A stretch of DNA of 64,000 bases from Candidatus Atabeyarchaeum deiterrae (GCA_037310415.1 CP147780.1:1952001-2016000); one strand, 5' to 3'. Shown: positions 48,726 through 59,014, counted from the first letter of the stretch. Notes: generated by a model from the letters alone, not told the origin. Translations and numbers: made by a program.

Positions 48726-48988
48726 GGTTTATCATACTCGCTTGAATGCTAATATGAGAACGGACTGTCCGCTAAAGTAAGTCCCTGCGTTTTGACCTAT
48801 TATAACTATTGTATGTCACTTCGGCTACCCTCAGGAAGCGGACCTAGTTTCTCTCCGCCAAATAGTACCTACTAACAATTGACAAACCCAGAAAAGGGGA
48901 AATTGCAGAAAATAGGTGCACCATTCTCCTCCTGCTCTGCAATAAGGGAAAGTCAAGAAGCTCAGCCTTTTTGGTCGACAATTGTTTA

Positions 48989-49987
48989 TCAGAGAATCCT
49001 CTTGGCAATGCGAAGAGCAAGAAGAGTGATCCACCTCGAGGGTCTCTCCTTTTGCCCGAAGTCGAAATTGGACCACATCTTGATAATTGATTCCGGTGTG
49101 AACCTTCCCTGTTCGTCTTGTTTTCTCAGGAGCAGGTCTAGCATCTCCGATTCTTTAAGCCTCTTTCTTGCGTAGTCGAATTGCGATAGCACATCCATGA
49201 ACTTGAGGATCTTGTAGTCAGTGAACGGGTACTTCAATTTCTCCCAGTCCTTCTCGATCCCGCTATCATGACCCGCATACTTCACCTTCCCCCTATTCGT
49301 CCAGCATTGAAAGAGAAAGTCAACGCTTTTCTTTGCCATTTCACTGTTTCTCAGGTTTGGGTTTTGAGCCAGCGCTCCAAGTGCGAATATAGTGGCGAAA
49401 GCACAGCTTGGTTCACCCTCTCTAGGTGCTCCGACTTGCCCCGTATCTTTGCACCAGTATCCTCCGTCGATTCGCTGTCTCCTTATGAGGTAGTCATAAG
49501 CGTTCTTCAGCCTGAGGTCTTCGAGCAGGCCCAGTTTTGCCAAAGCTTCGACGATAATAGCTGAATGGCAATCACCTGGCTTTGATGGCGGATCCCAACC
49601 GAAGCCCCCCGAATCGAGCTGCGTTGAAAACACGTACTCGCAGGCTTTCGCGATTCGCTCGTCTCCTACTGTGAAGCCAAAGTCCGCTAGCACCGGAAGC
49701 AGCCAAAACGTAGTGTCCTTTCTTGGCCACCATGTGTGAATGTCTTTCGGTTTCCCCCAATAGCCGTCTTTGTTCATTTTGCGGAATATCAACCTTACAT
49801 GCGGGTGGTCGGACACGGCCGCCAGAGCGGCTGCAACTGTTCTGTCGTCGTCGCTTTTGCCGATTACGTCCTTCAACACACGGTATGCTACCCACGGTTC
49901 TCCAGTTAGTAGCCACTCCTCGAGGTCAACTTCCGCTGTTCTCTTTGTGCCTGATCCCGCCAATCTTTCCAAAGCTCCAACTTGCAC
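48989..49987 (-). CDS. prenyltransferase/squalene cyclase repeat (alpha/alpha toroid) protein
   Basis: Q..SGGF, Q..DGGY, Q...GRF repeats; L.YP..., SRWIT. Confidence 0.75.
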   Translation of the reverse strand: MQVGALERLAGSGTKRTAEVDLEEWLLTGEPWVAYRVLKDVIGKSDDDRTVAAALAAVSDHPHVRLIFRKMNKDGYWGKPKDIHTWWPRKDTTFWLLPVLADFGFTVGDERIAKACEYVFSTQLDSGGFGWDPPSKPGDCHSAIIVEALAKLGLLEDLRLKNAYDYLIRRQRIDGGYWCKDTGQVGAPREGEPSCAFATIFALGALAQNPNLRNSEMAKKSVDFLFQCWTNRGKVKYAGHDSGIEKDWEKLKYPFTDYKILKFMDVLSQFDYARKRLKESEMLDLLLRKQDEQGRFTPESIIKMWSNFDFGQKERPSRWITLLALRIAKRIL

Positions 49988-50249
49988 ACATTATGGATAT
50001 TAGGTTCTTGAACATTGCGTTAATTCATTCGCCCATGCCTGCTGTGTACCCTATCAGCAAGGGAGTTCGCGACAACGAGCAACTGTCGCCAAGCTAGACT
50101 AAGAAGGCAAAACGCCAAGTAGATGTCAACGCTATGATAGGAACATGAGAAATGAAAAGCTCTATATAATGCAATATCCTATCCAGAGGTTGAGCGGGAA
50201 ACGCGAAGGCTTTTCGAGAGTCAAACACCGCTCCCCCGGGGTGAGGAAG

Positions 50250-50534
50250 ATGAAGAGGGAAGAAGTTTATAAGAAAATCGCGCAAGAACTCAGGAATCTC
50301 GGCGCAACAAAAATAGCAGTATTCGGCTCCTATGCGAGAGGCGAAGAAAAACCGAACAGCGACATAGACGTTCTTGTCGAATTCTCAAATAGGAAAAGTC
50401 TCCTAGAACTTGTGAGGATAGAGAGAGAACTATCTGAGACTCTCGGAATAAAAGTGGATCTATTGACGGAGAAGTCGATCAGCCCGTACCTCATCGATTC
50501 GATAAAGGAGGAGATGGAGGTAATCTACAGTTGA
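50250..50534 (+). CDS. mntA: minimal nucleotidyltransferase (MNT) antitoxin
   Basis: FGSYARGE....SDIDVLVEF, KVDL. Confidence 0.9.
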   Translation: MKREEVYKKIAQELRNLGATKIAVFGSYARGEEKPNSDIDVLVEFSNRKSLLELVRIERELSETLGIKVDLLTEKSISPYLIDSIKEEMEVIYS

Positions 50535-50887
50535 AGAAAGACGACACATTCTACCTGAGACACATACTCGACGCCATATCTAGAATCGAAGAATACTCTC
50601 ATAGAATTGTGTATAAGGACTTCAAAGACAACCACCTCGTCCAAGACGGGATTATCAGACAGATCGAGATAATTGGCGAAGCCACAAAGAAACTCTCCAA
50701 ACAAACAAGAGAGAAAAGCCCTGCAATACCTTGGAATGATATGGCAGGGATGAGGGACAAGCTGATACACGACTATTTCGGTGTAGACACCGACGCCGTC
50801 TGGGACACCGTTGAGAAAGACATCCCATCGCTCAAGAGCAAGTTGAAGAACATCATCGAAACGAAGGGAAAACAAAAGCCCCCGTGA
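50531..50887 (+). CDS. hepT: DUF86/HepT HEPN RNase toxin
   Basis: IIGEA, GMRDKLIHDYFG (RxxxxHxY); 4-nt overlap with the MNT gene. Confidence 0.9.
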   Translation: MKKDDTFYLRHILDAISRIEEYSHRIVYKDFKDNHLVQDGIIRQIEIIGEATKKLSKQTREKSPAIPWNDMAGMRDKLIHDYFGVDTDAVWDTVEKDIPSLKSKLKNIIETKGKQKPP

Positions 50888-51241
50888 AACTTACAGCAAT
50901 AGATCACTGGCGCGAGCGAGTTGCCTGACTTCGACCCTCGCTTTCCGACTTTTCTGAGAGATTTTCGAGTTTTCTGATGAACCAGCGCTCAAATCAAACA
51001 GTAAAGCATACTCGGCGACACCAATAAAAGACCTCTCCGACAAGTTCAACGAAAACACACCCACTAGTATTATAGATAAACTCAGAAGAATGGTACGAGC
51101 GAAGGCAACATGATAGCAAACAAGAACTTACACCTCTTTCTCAGTCTCAGCATAAGAAACGATGTCGAATTCAACAAATCCGAGTATGCTTGTGAGAAGA
51201 GTAAGCACATTGTCGAAGAAGACCGCGGGAGTTGAAACCCC

Positions 51242-52138
51242 TTGATGGATCAAATTGCAGACAACGTGTTCCTGATCCGAGGAAGGAATAATGGCAGATT
51301 CCCATTCTCACATTCCGTCGTTGTCACCTGCAAGGATGGCGGTGCCGTGCTTATAGACACAGGGTGCGGGATAGATCTCCTGAACGAGATCAAAGCACGA
51401 TTCGATGTCCAATATGTAGTCAACTCACATACTCACCCGGACCACTCAGCCGGAAACTGGGTGCTCGGCGAAAGCAAGGTCAAAGCTATCTACGTTCCAG
51501 AGGAAGGATTCGAAACAAGCGGCAACATTAAGGTACTGTCCGAAAGGTTTGCGGAGCCAGGTCCGTTGGCAGAGTTTTGGACAAAGTTTGTTGTGAACAC
51601 GATGGGTATGAAAGACTGCAGACCTACTGATAGCTTCAGTGACCGTAGGCCGCTTGAGCTTGGGGGAACAACTCTTGTACCCGTTCACACTCCGGGACAC
51701 ACAGTGGATCATTACTGTATCTATGAACCGGAGAAAAGGATCCTGTTCTCGTTTGACTTTGATCTAACGCCCTTTGGCCCCTGGTACGGTCACCGAGAAT
51801 CTAGTATACCTCAGTTCAAGAAGTCGATCGAGAAACTCAAGAAAATCGACGCAAGGATATTGGTCTCAAGCCATGCAGAACCAGTCAGAACCAACATTAG
51901 AGCGCAGCTGGACGAATTCTCCGCCAAGTTCAACGAACGAGAAGAGAAGATAATAAGTCTGGCTAGAGGCGACGGTAAAACTATCAGCCAACTTGTGGAC
52001 GCATCTCCGATATACGGAAAGTACCCGTACGCCGAACCACTCTTACGTTACTGGGAGGAGAACATGATCAGAAAACATTTGGAGGATCTGGTTCATCAGG
52101 GCAGAGTGACGCAGAAAGATGACATAATCATCAGTTGA
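51242..52138 (+). CDS. MBL-fold metallohydrolase with C-terminal wHTH
   Basis: IDTG, SHTHPDH, TPGHT, D, SH. Confidence 0.9.
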   Translation: MMDQIADNVFLIRGRNNGRFPFSHSVVVTCKDGGAVLIDTGCGIDLLNEIKARFDVQYVVNSHTHPDHSAGNWVLGESKVKAIYVPEEGFETSGNIKVLSERFAEPGPLAEFWTKFVVNTMGMKDCRPTDSFSDRRPLELGGTTLVPVHTPGHTVDHYCIYEPEKRILFSFDFDLTPFGPWYGHRESSIPQFKKSIEKLKKIDARILVSSHAEPVRTNIRAQLDEFSAKFNEREEKIISLARGDGKTISQLVDASPIYGKYPYAEPLLRYWEENMIRKHLEDLVHQGRVTQKDDIIIS

Positions 52139-52316
52139 CTCGACAATGCCGCCTTGAACGTATGGCGATCAGTGTCTCCACTGGGGTAGACTATTTCACC
52201 AGCGTTCTCAGCATTTCTTCCGAGATACCCAGCCCCAGCTGAAAGAGCCTTCGGGCAATCAAGATAAGCCAGATCTGCGCAAGCGGTTCCATTACTCCAC
52301 TCCTCTGCGCTGAACA

Positions 52317-52706
52317 TCATTTCTCACTCACTGTCTCATATTCTATGGCATTTCCCTCTCGGTTGTAGACTGCTATCCGCTCCTCTGAATTGTATGGATA
52401 AGCCGCAATGACCATTATTATACCATAGAAGTTGTTTAGGTCTCCGACCGACGGTTGAAGAACTCCAGAAGGGTGGGAATGCGCCGTTCCCACAATGGAT
52501 AAATCAATTGGAAGCATTCGCGGAGAGAAGTTCGAGAAACTATGCCCATGAATGGCGAGGGGAGGTACAACAATCTCATTTACATAGATCTTGGTCTTAT
52601 CCGTCGACCCCCTCAGGAGGAGAATCCCCTCCCTAGGATGCTGGATCTTTGCGTAGGCCAGAATGCCACCAATGACCGAGCGGCTGATCACAAGATGCTT
52701 CGCCAT
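52317..52706 (-). CDS. JAB/MPN+ (JAMM) metalloprotease
   Basis: PRE...LLRG, HSHPSG...PS.GD. Confidence 0.9.
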   Translation of the reverse strand: MAKHLVISRSVIGGILAYAKIQHPREGILLLRGSTDKTKIYVNEIVVPPLAIHGHSFSNFSPRMLPIDLSIVGTAHSHPSGVLQPSVGDLNNFYGIIMVIAAYPYNSEERIAVYNREGNAIEYETVSEK

Positions 52707-52847
52707 TTACACCACGCAACCAACAGACCCAAGACACTCAAATACAGATCTCTTGCCTCAACTTCCCTCATAAGACGTGCTTGGTTCTTCCAGAATTCTC
52801 CGCAGCATGTCGTCGTCGGTAAGCAAGTGATCGGAGCCTAAGGAGAA

Positions 52848-53267
52848 TTATCGCAAGTACTTTCTCACAAATTCGGTTGGGCTCAATGACTGGATCTCGC
52901 TCCCTTTCCTAAGCATGTCGTCTTTTGTCACAAAGCATTCTGCGCCGACAATTTCTGCTGAGGCGAGGATAATTGCATCAGGAAGCTTCATCTTCTGATC
53001 AGCGCGCAACCTAGCAGCTCTATCGGCAACTTGAAGATCTACCAGCGAGACTTGCCAGCTTTGAGTAACATGTGTGAGGAAGTCTTCTGCTTCTTTTTCT
53101 TCCTTGTTCTTGTAGAATCCCACTAGAGTCTCGGCAATGACAATCGATGAGACTACTCCTTCTATTTCTTTGTCATCGACCGCGTCGAGTATCTTTTCGC
53201 ATTGATGTGCGTCAGCTTCAGTATTCTTTACAGCGATGAATACACTTGTATCGATGCAGACCTTCAT
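52848..53267 (-). CDS. vapC: PIN-domain VapC toxin
   Basis: IDTSVF, E, LPDAII.ASA, TKD. Confidence 0.9.
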   Translation of the reverse strand: MKVCIDTSVFIAVKNTEADAHQCEKILDAVDDKEIEGVVSSIVIAETLVGFYKNKEEKEAEDFLTHVTQSWQVSLVDLQVADRAARLRADQKMKLPDAIILASAEIVGAECFVTKDDMLRKGSEIQSLSPTEFVRKYLR

Positions 53268-53488
53268 TCCCAGTCATCTCTGAGTCTTCTCTGGAACTCG
53301 ACGCTTGGCTCCACTGGTTTACCAGCCTTAAGAATGTCCTTCATTTTTCGCCCTATGATTCTCTCAACGACCAATTTGCCGGCAACCATCTTGAAAACTA
53401 TTGTATCCCCAGGTCTTATCTTGAGCTTATCCCTTATTTCCTTAGGTATTACAACCTGGCCTTTTTCACTGACCTTAGCCGCTATCAT
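53264..53488 (-). CDS. AbrB/MazE/SpoVT-type antitoxin
   Basis: KVSEKGQVVIPKEIR..L.I.PGD; ATGA overlap with the PIN gene. Confidence 0.9.
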   Translation of the reverse strand: MIAAKVSEKGQVVIPKEIRDKLKIRPGDTIVFKMVAGKLVVERIIGRKMKDILKAGKPVEPSVEFQRRLRDDWE

Positions 53489-53722
53489 ACATTATGGTTG
53501 GATTTTCTTACATATAAGTCTTACCAACAGAACCTTGCCTGATACTTGAAGATGAAACAGTAGAATTAGGTAGACTCCCAAGCTCCATGACTAGCATCCA
53601 TGAGAATAATTTGGAGAACGCGATTGTAAGTGTACAGCTCTCAAGAGATAGGATAAGAAGAATAGCACGCTCTCAACCACTAGATGTTGTTGCCGAACTT
53701 AAGAACTCAAGGCGGGTGGCGC

Positions 53723-53762
53723 CGCAATTCTTCCGCCCTTTGAAAAGGGCGGTCTCCTTGCG
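53723..53762. mobile_element. solo IS200/IS605-like terminal palindrome (no transposase)
   Basis: CGCAAttcttCCGCCCTTtgaaAAGGGCGGtctccTTGCG nested hairpin. Confidence 0.5.
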
Positions 53763-53807
53763 ACGGTTTCTATGAAAATGATGTGGGAGACTTGGGGACG
53801 AAAGCTG

Positions 53808-56009
53808 CTACGAGGATACCTCAACCCAGATCGGCCCCGCATACGCGGTTCGACCATTATCTCCAACTACGCGCAATAGGTAAAAGTCTGCGCCAGAAGT
53901 GCTCAGCGTGTTTGGATCTATTGGGTTGTCGCTGTAACTGTTTATGTAGTACTTTCCGTCCACCTGAATACAGTTCCCAACGCCATAAGATGTGCCCGTG
54001 ATAGGAGTAGCATCGATTAACGTTACGTTTGCCACAGGTGTACTCACTGGGATTCGGGCTAGGAGGTTGCCGTTCTTGAAGATCTCGATGTTTGCCCGCC
54101 AGTCGGGCACCCAATTAGTCGTTACTGATGCTGCTTGGGGGCGCTTGTTCGCCGCGGGTGCTCCATCCTGCGCAATTATCACGTTTATCTGTCTTGCAGT
54201 TGAGGCGTTAGCCACCTTCAGTGTGGAGCCATCACCCACGCGCGTCCCATTAATCGTGAAACTGATAAAAGGTCGCCCATAGTCGGAGGATGCATAGATC
54301 CTCTGATTCTCCAAACCAGCAAATACTGAACCTCGCGTAAGGTTCAAGGCGTACACCGCCGTTATCCCGCTAGGATACGGCATGCCGCCGCGAATATTCC
54401 AAGTCGTCCAAGGCCTCTGGTGACCTATATAGGCATTCGTGTGGCTCAGCGAGTGCCCTGGATGGCCATCGTGGTTATCACCTGAAGCGTACACCGTCAT
54501 CCTATACCCCATCTTGAAGGCATCTATGACGCAGCTCCCCGGAGTGTACGCGGGCGGCGGATCGACGCAACCCCTATAATTAAAGGGATCACGCTGCTCA
54601 AACAGACACTCACCATGAACAGATGTGACTTCCACGATCTTGACGTACTTCGCATTAACGTAAGTCCAGTCCTGTATGTAATCTTCCTCCGTCGTATGAT
54701 GGGGAAGCGCCAGTGCGCGACAACCAGTTGAATTCGTGAAGGCGTCGAGAGCGTTCCAAAGTTGCTGAGGCTCAGGAATCACCATGTAAGAGAGAACAGG
54801 ATCCTTGATGAGCTTATCTCCACTGAAAATACACGTATAGTGCCCCGTACTAGTCTGAGTCCATTCGATTCCCTGCAACGCAACGAAGCTACCAGGATCA
54901 TACGCCAAGTTCGTCGCCCGCTCCGAGTGATCCATAGCTCCAAGCAGAGCCCCAAATCCAAGATTCATAACTTCGCCATGATCCGTCAGCGCACAATAGT
55001 CCAAGCAGGCAACGTATCTTGCATAGTAGTAGTTGTGTTCCGGTGATCCACTTCCATCGGAAAGCTCCGAGTGGCTGTGGATATCGCCCCAATAGATCAT
55101 GGGATCCTCAGCTGAAAAGTTGCCGATAATAATAGGGTTACTCCAATAGGTGTTCTGCGTAATAGAGTCATTAACTAGAAGATAGTGGATGCCTGGAGTA
55201 TCTATCCTCGCAGTGAAAACATGGAGCCCGTTATCTCTTCCATCACGAATCTCATACGCCATGTCGCTACCAAAATCCTGCCCAGAAAAGGTGTAGGCGC
55301 TCGGCAAGCCTGCGTTGACCGAAGAGAGCAGCTCGAATGTCGTAAGATTATACGACCTCACTGAGAACTGAACCGTCCCCTTGTAGACCGCACTCAGACG
55401 TTCATATGAATCCCATGTCTCAACTGCCACACTAAAATCTGAGCCTACGTTCACTGTTGTGGGCGCATGAACCCATAGCAACCGAGGGTTATTGTCAAAG
55501 GCTACTCCGAGGTTCACACTTACACCGCCCCAGAAAATCGCCGGAACAATGACGATTGCAAGCGCAAGTGACACCTTCGCATACTTTGGCATCCGTTTGG
55601 CAAATGTATCATATCTCACCAGCCGCCTTGGCCTACGAGTTCTCTTTCTACCCCAGATTCTCCATATGGCGAATACAACAGTGTATGCAATCATGGTGCC
55701 AGGTCCAATGATGATCGCGAAATACGAGGTCGAATAACTTGGACCCCCAAATACGCTGAGGGTATTAAGATAAGACATGGTATTCAAGATGAAGGTACTA
55801 ACGCCCGACGCCCAGGCCAAGACAAGCCCATGGATCCTCCACGCGGAACCCCTGAACAAAACAAAGTAAAGGATACCTATTAACAACCCAATGAAGCTGA
55901 AGAAGAAAGAAGCCGTCAAATAAACTCCAAACACGAAAACAACGAAGCGGAGTACCCTCAGCGCGGTTCTCACAAAATGATAACCGTCTTCTGGCGAGTG
56001 CGCTACCAA
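53808..56009 (-). CDS. membrane-anchored DUF3604/PHP-like metallohydrolase, paralog 2
   Basis: WGDIHSHS, LTDH, PHH, DNHDGHPG; long stretches identical to 4438-6633. Confidence 0.82.
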   Translation of the reverse strand: MVAHSPEDGYHFVRTALRVLRFVVFVFGVYLTASFFFSFIGLLIGILYFVLFRGSAWRIHGLVLAWASGVSTFILNTMSYLNTLSVFGGPSYSTSYFAIIIGPGTMIAYTVVFAIWRIWGRKRTRRPRRLVRYDTFAKRMPKYAKVSLALAIVIVPAIFWGGVSVNLGVAFDNNPRLLWVHAPTTVNVGSDFSVAVETWDSYERLSAVYKGTVQFSVRSYNLTTFELLSSVNAGLPSAYTFSGQDFGSDMAYEIRDGRDNGLHVFTARIDTPGIHYLLVNDSITQNTYWSNPIIIGNFSAEDPMIYWGDIHSHSELSDGSGSPEHNYYYARYVACLDYCALTDHGEVMNLGFGALLGAMDHSERATNLAYDPGSFVALQGIEWTQTSTGHYTCIFSGDKLIKDPVLSYMVIPEPQQLWNALDAFTNSTGCRALALPHHTTEEDYIQDWTYVNAKYVKIVEVTSVHGECLFEQRDPFNYRGCVDPPPAYTPGSCVIDAFKMGYRMTVYASGDNHDGHPGHSLSHTNAYIGHQRPWTTWNIRGGMPYPSGITAVYALNLTRGSVFAGLENQRIYASSDYGRPFISFTINGTRVGDGSTLKVANASTARQINVIIAQDGAPAANKRPQAASVTTNWVPDWRANIEIFKNGNLLARIPVSTPVANVTLIDATPITGTSYGVGNCIQVDGKYYINSYSDNPIDPNTLSTSGADFYLLRVVGDNGRTAYAGPIWVEVSS

Positions 56010-56324
56010 CGATTGCAGACTCCAGTTCCACCAGATCCCATAGCTAGGCGTGAGCTCTCTTGGCGCTTCCTATTAATCCTTTCGCTGTGAACTTATGAAG
56101 AGATCAGGTATCTCGGTGAATTCTACATACCTTCTACCCAAGAGGCAAGAGCATGTCCTGCAATCGCGCAGGAAATCAAGGACTTTGCTATCAAGGAGCT
56201 GGGGGTCAAGGAGGAGGATCACCAGTGATTCCCTGCGACCATTAAACTGGGTGGATACCAACCAGAATCGAAAGCCCTACTGCGGGCTCCTACGTAAGAG
56301 AATACGACAGCCAAGTTTTCCTAT

Positions 56325-56678
56325 CTAGAATCGATTGCCCAGACCGTTTAAGATACCCTCGATTGGCAGTTTGAGAGCGGGTATATCCTCGTTTGCCGCC
56401 TTCCACAAGATCTCCAAATCGATACCGAAATACTCATGAATCAGCTTATCTCTCATGCCTGCCATCTTCCTCCACGGAACCTCGCGATGCTTGTCTCTTA
56501 TCGCCCTAGGTACCCTCTTGGAGGCCTCCCCTATTACCTCAATGCTTCTGACCACAGCGTTCACTGTTTTCCTGTCATCCCTGAAATGATCGTAGCTGAG
56601 ACCTCTGATGAAAACCTCTACCTCATTGATCGCGTCAAGAATATCCTTCAGGTAATCCCGAAAGTCACGCGTCCTCAT
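56325..56678 (-). CDS. hepT: DUF86/HepT HEPN RNase toxin
   Basis: VIGEA, GMRDKLIHEYFG. Confidence 0.9.
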   Translation of the reverse strand: MRTRDFRDYLKDILDAINEVEVFIRGLSYDHFRDDRKTVNAVVRSIEVIGEASKRVPRAIRDKHREVPWRKMAGMRDKLIHEYFGIDLEILWKAANEDIPALKLPIEGILNGLGNRF

Positions 56679-56968
56679 ACATAAACGACTTCTTTTCTTA
56701 TGTATTCGCCAATAAATGGCTTAAGAGCCTTCTTTGAAACGAGGTCAACCTTTCTCCCCAGCAGGCTCGAGAGGTACTCCTCCAAATCCATGAATTCAAA
56801 GAGACCTATCGGCTCCTCGAACTCTACCAATATGTCGATGTCGCTCCCCTTCTTGTGCTCTCCCCTCACAAAGGAGCCAAAAACTCCTATCTGCTTCACC
56901 TTGAACTTTACCCTCAGTTCTTCTCTATGCGCCCTCAGCGCCACCTTGATTTTCTCAACATTCATCAT
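56675..56968 (-). CDS. mntA: MNT antitoxin
   Basis: FGSFVRGE....SDIDILVEF, KVDLV. Confidence 0.9.
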   Translation of the reverse strand: MMNVEKIKVALRAHREELRVKFKVKQIGVFGSFVRGEHKKGSDIDILVEFEEPIGLFEFMDLEEYLSSLLGRKVDLVSKKALKPFIGEYIRKEVVYV

Positions 56969-57315
56969 GGTGTATCGACAATATGACAACAAATTTAAGT
57001 CTTTTCTAGGGGAGACACTTGGAAGGCATCAGGGACATGCTCACCCAGCCGACCACCATTTCTGTTGAGGCCCCTGCATTGTCCAAAAAGCATCAGGTAA
57101 GACTGTGGTCTTACATTTCATGCGACTATGAAGTCAGAACATGACCCAAACAAGCACAAGCGAGATAGAAGCCACATTGTGAAGGTCGACAGAGACGCAT
57201 TACTGTGGGAGCCCAAAGAGTTCAAACTACCGCCTTTCTCACTCTACCGCAATTTGGGCAACATAGGCAATTCCACTGAACAACGAGAGGCATCGTGCTG
57301 CGCTGCGACTTCTGC

Positions 57316-57510
57316 TCAGGTTCTTCCCCCGAATTTCCTTGCTTCTCTCAGTACGGTTCTCAAGTCCAGAGCCTTGCCCTTATTCCTAAGCTCCTTCGTA
57401 GCATCACCAATCTTTGGGGTTATAGCTTCAAGATAGAGAAGATATTCATCTCTACTGAGCTCACTTCTTAGGATATCCAGAGCCTTTCTCATGACAGCTT
57501 CCGCCGACAT
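57316..57510 (-). CDS. small helical protein resembling PIN-associated antitoxins, without an adjacent PIN toxin
   Basis: RKALDIL..EL...EY..YL......GDATKELR. Confidence 0.5.
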   Translation of the reverse strand: MSAEAVMRKALDILRSELSRDEYLLYLEAITPKIGDATKELRNKGKALDLRTVLREARKFGGRT

Positions 57511-57551
57511 GGCGCTATTCACCTTCGAACCCCCTTCAAGGGGTTGGTAGC

Positions 57552-57764
57552 TCACCCTTGTGAATGTGACTTGAGCGTTCTGGATTTGAAACCTGTTATC
57601 GTTATACCAACCACTTCGTGATCTGAGATTCGGTATACGACTCCATCTCCGACCTCAATGCTGTCCTTGGCTTCCCTGGGCTTTCCGAAGCTCATGTACA
57701 GCACATCAGCCTCCTCATCATAGTCCAAGTCAACCTTCTCAAGACTCACTGCGGCTTTCTCCAC
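57552..57764 (-). CDS. DUF2283 antitoxin-like protein
   Basis: YDEEADVLY.SF, VVGITI. Confidence 0.85.
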   Translation of the reverse strand: MEKAAVSLEKVDLDYDEEADVLYMSFGKPREAKDSIEVGDGVVYRISDHEVVGITITGFKSRTLKSHSQG

Positions 57765-58039
57765 ATCACTTCACCTTTGACTTTCCCAATATTAGAAGTA
57801 AAGTAGGCAGTTATAATAATCCTTTCGTTGCCACGTTCATCATAAACAACTACAAGATACTTCCGCCCAATATGAAGATCTGAATAGAACCTCAGCGCCT
57901 TGAACTCGCCCCTAGATCCCCTTACGATCAGGTCAGGTTTCTCAACAGCTTCAAGTATCCTATTCGCGTAGGGGGCGACCTCTGGATGTCTCAAAACAAT
58001 ATGCTCAAGGACTCTCTTGTTAAGCTTGCTCCTCGTCAC
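57746..58039 (-). CDS. RelE/DUF4258-like putative toxin
   Basis: HI..RHPE, PD.I..G, KYLVVVY, IITAY; overlaps the DUF2283 gene. Confidence 0.75.
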   Translation of the reverse strand: MTRSKLNKRVLEHIVLRHPEVAPYANRILEAVEKPDLIVRGSRGEFKALRFYSDLHIGRKYLVVVYDERGNERIIITAYFTSNIGKVKGEVMWRKPQ

Positions 58040-58187
58040 TCAGCAATCCACCGCTTCGCTTTACATCTGCCAAGAATCTTCTATCAAAGAGATTTAAACT
58101 TGCCTGGGAGTCAAATCCTCTGCAAAGTGCACGGAGCTTTGATTCTTCCTCCCCACCTCATATCTTACTCATCAATGAACAAATAAC

Positions 58188-58714
58188 ATGGTTGAGTTTA
58201 TGGAGAAATAGAAGACTCGCTGAAATCAACGTATGGAGACAAGTGGAAGCAAGCACTACTCCTACACATGCTTATTGGAGTAGGACGAATCATCGCGGAA
58301 AAAATCGAATGGATAGAATGTACATTCGGACGGACAGACACTGACGATGACAATCACAAAGAGCAACAGAAAGCGGAACCCGACTCGATCAATCTACTGG
58401 AGCAGAACCCACTGGGATATGTATGAACAAAAAACAGCAGGATCGCCGACATACTGAGGTTCAACCTCTACTGGATCCCTAAGCTGAGCTTCGGACATGA
58501 CACCTATCAGAACTTTTCAAATGTAGGCGACCTAGTCAAGTCGATGGGCGCTCACGCCCTCCAGACGCTTCAGGAAAAGAAGGGCAATTTCCCCCGTTTC
58601 GCCGAAGCCTTGATGAAGCAGGCATGGCGGAAGACAAAAGACACAATAAAGCGGGGAATACAGATAGTTGTCAGATGGCTCTACTTAATATCAGGATCTT
58701 ACAGCCACAGATAG
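58188..58714 (+). pseudogene. interrupted hypothetical reading frame
   Basis: Frame 58196-58714 is protein-like apart from one in-frame TGA at 58424-58426; the nearest upstream ATG (58188) is out of frame. Confidence 0.45.
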
Positions 58715-59014
58715 ACTGCTAGCGGCACAGAACCGATGGATCTGCACGAAGCCGTTCTACGTGGGCCTCCCGATAGATTTAGGACTGGAATACTGACTCA
58801 ACATAAGTACCAGCGAAATGGATACCAGCAGGTGCGCGTTGTTGAGAGAACTCATGTCTGCAACCCTCGGCGCCTTCAGTTAACCATGATGTGTGGCTAC
58901 TCAGGCTCTTCTGAGCGGGCACAGTACGCGGCGAGAACACGAAAGACTGGCCAGAGATGTTCGCAAAGATTAAATACGAGAAGCTAGAGACACAATGCCA
59001 CAAATCAGGCATAC

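Noticed and set aside
58424-58426. Selenocysteine readthrough of the in-frame TGA
   Set aside because: No UxxC/CxxU context, no recognisable selenoprotein family or SECIS, and the 5' end is also damaged.
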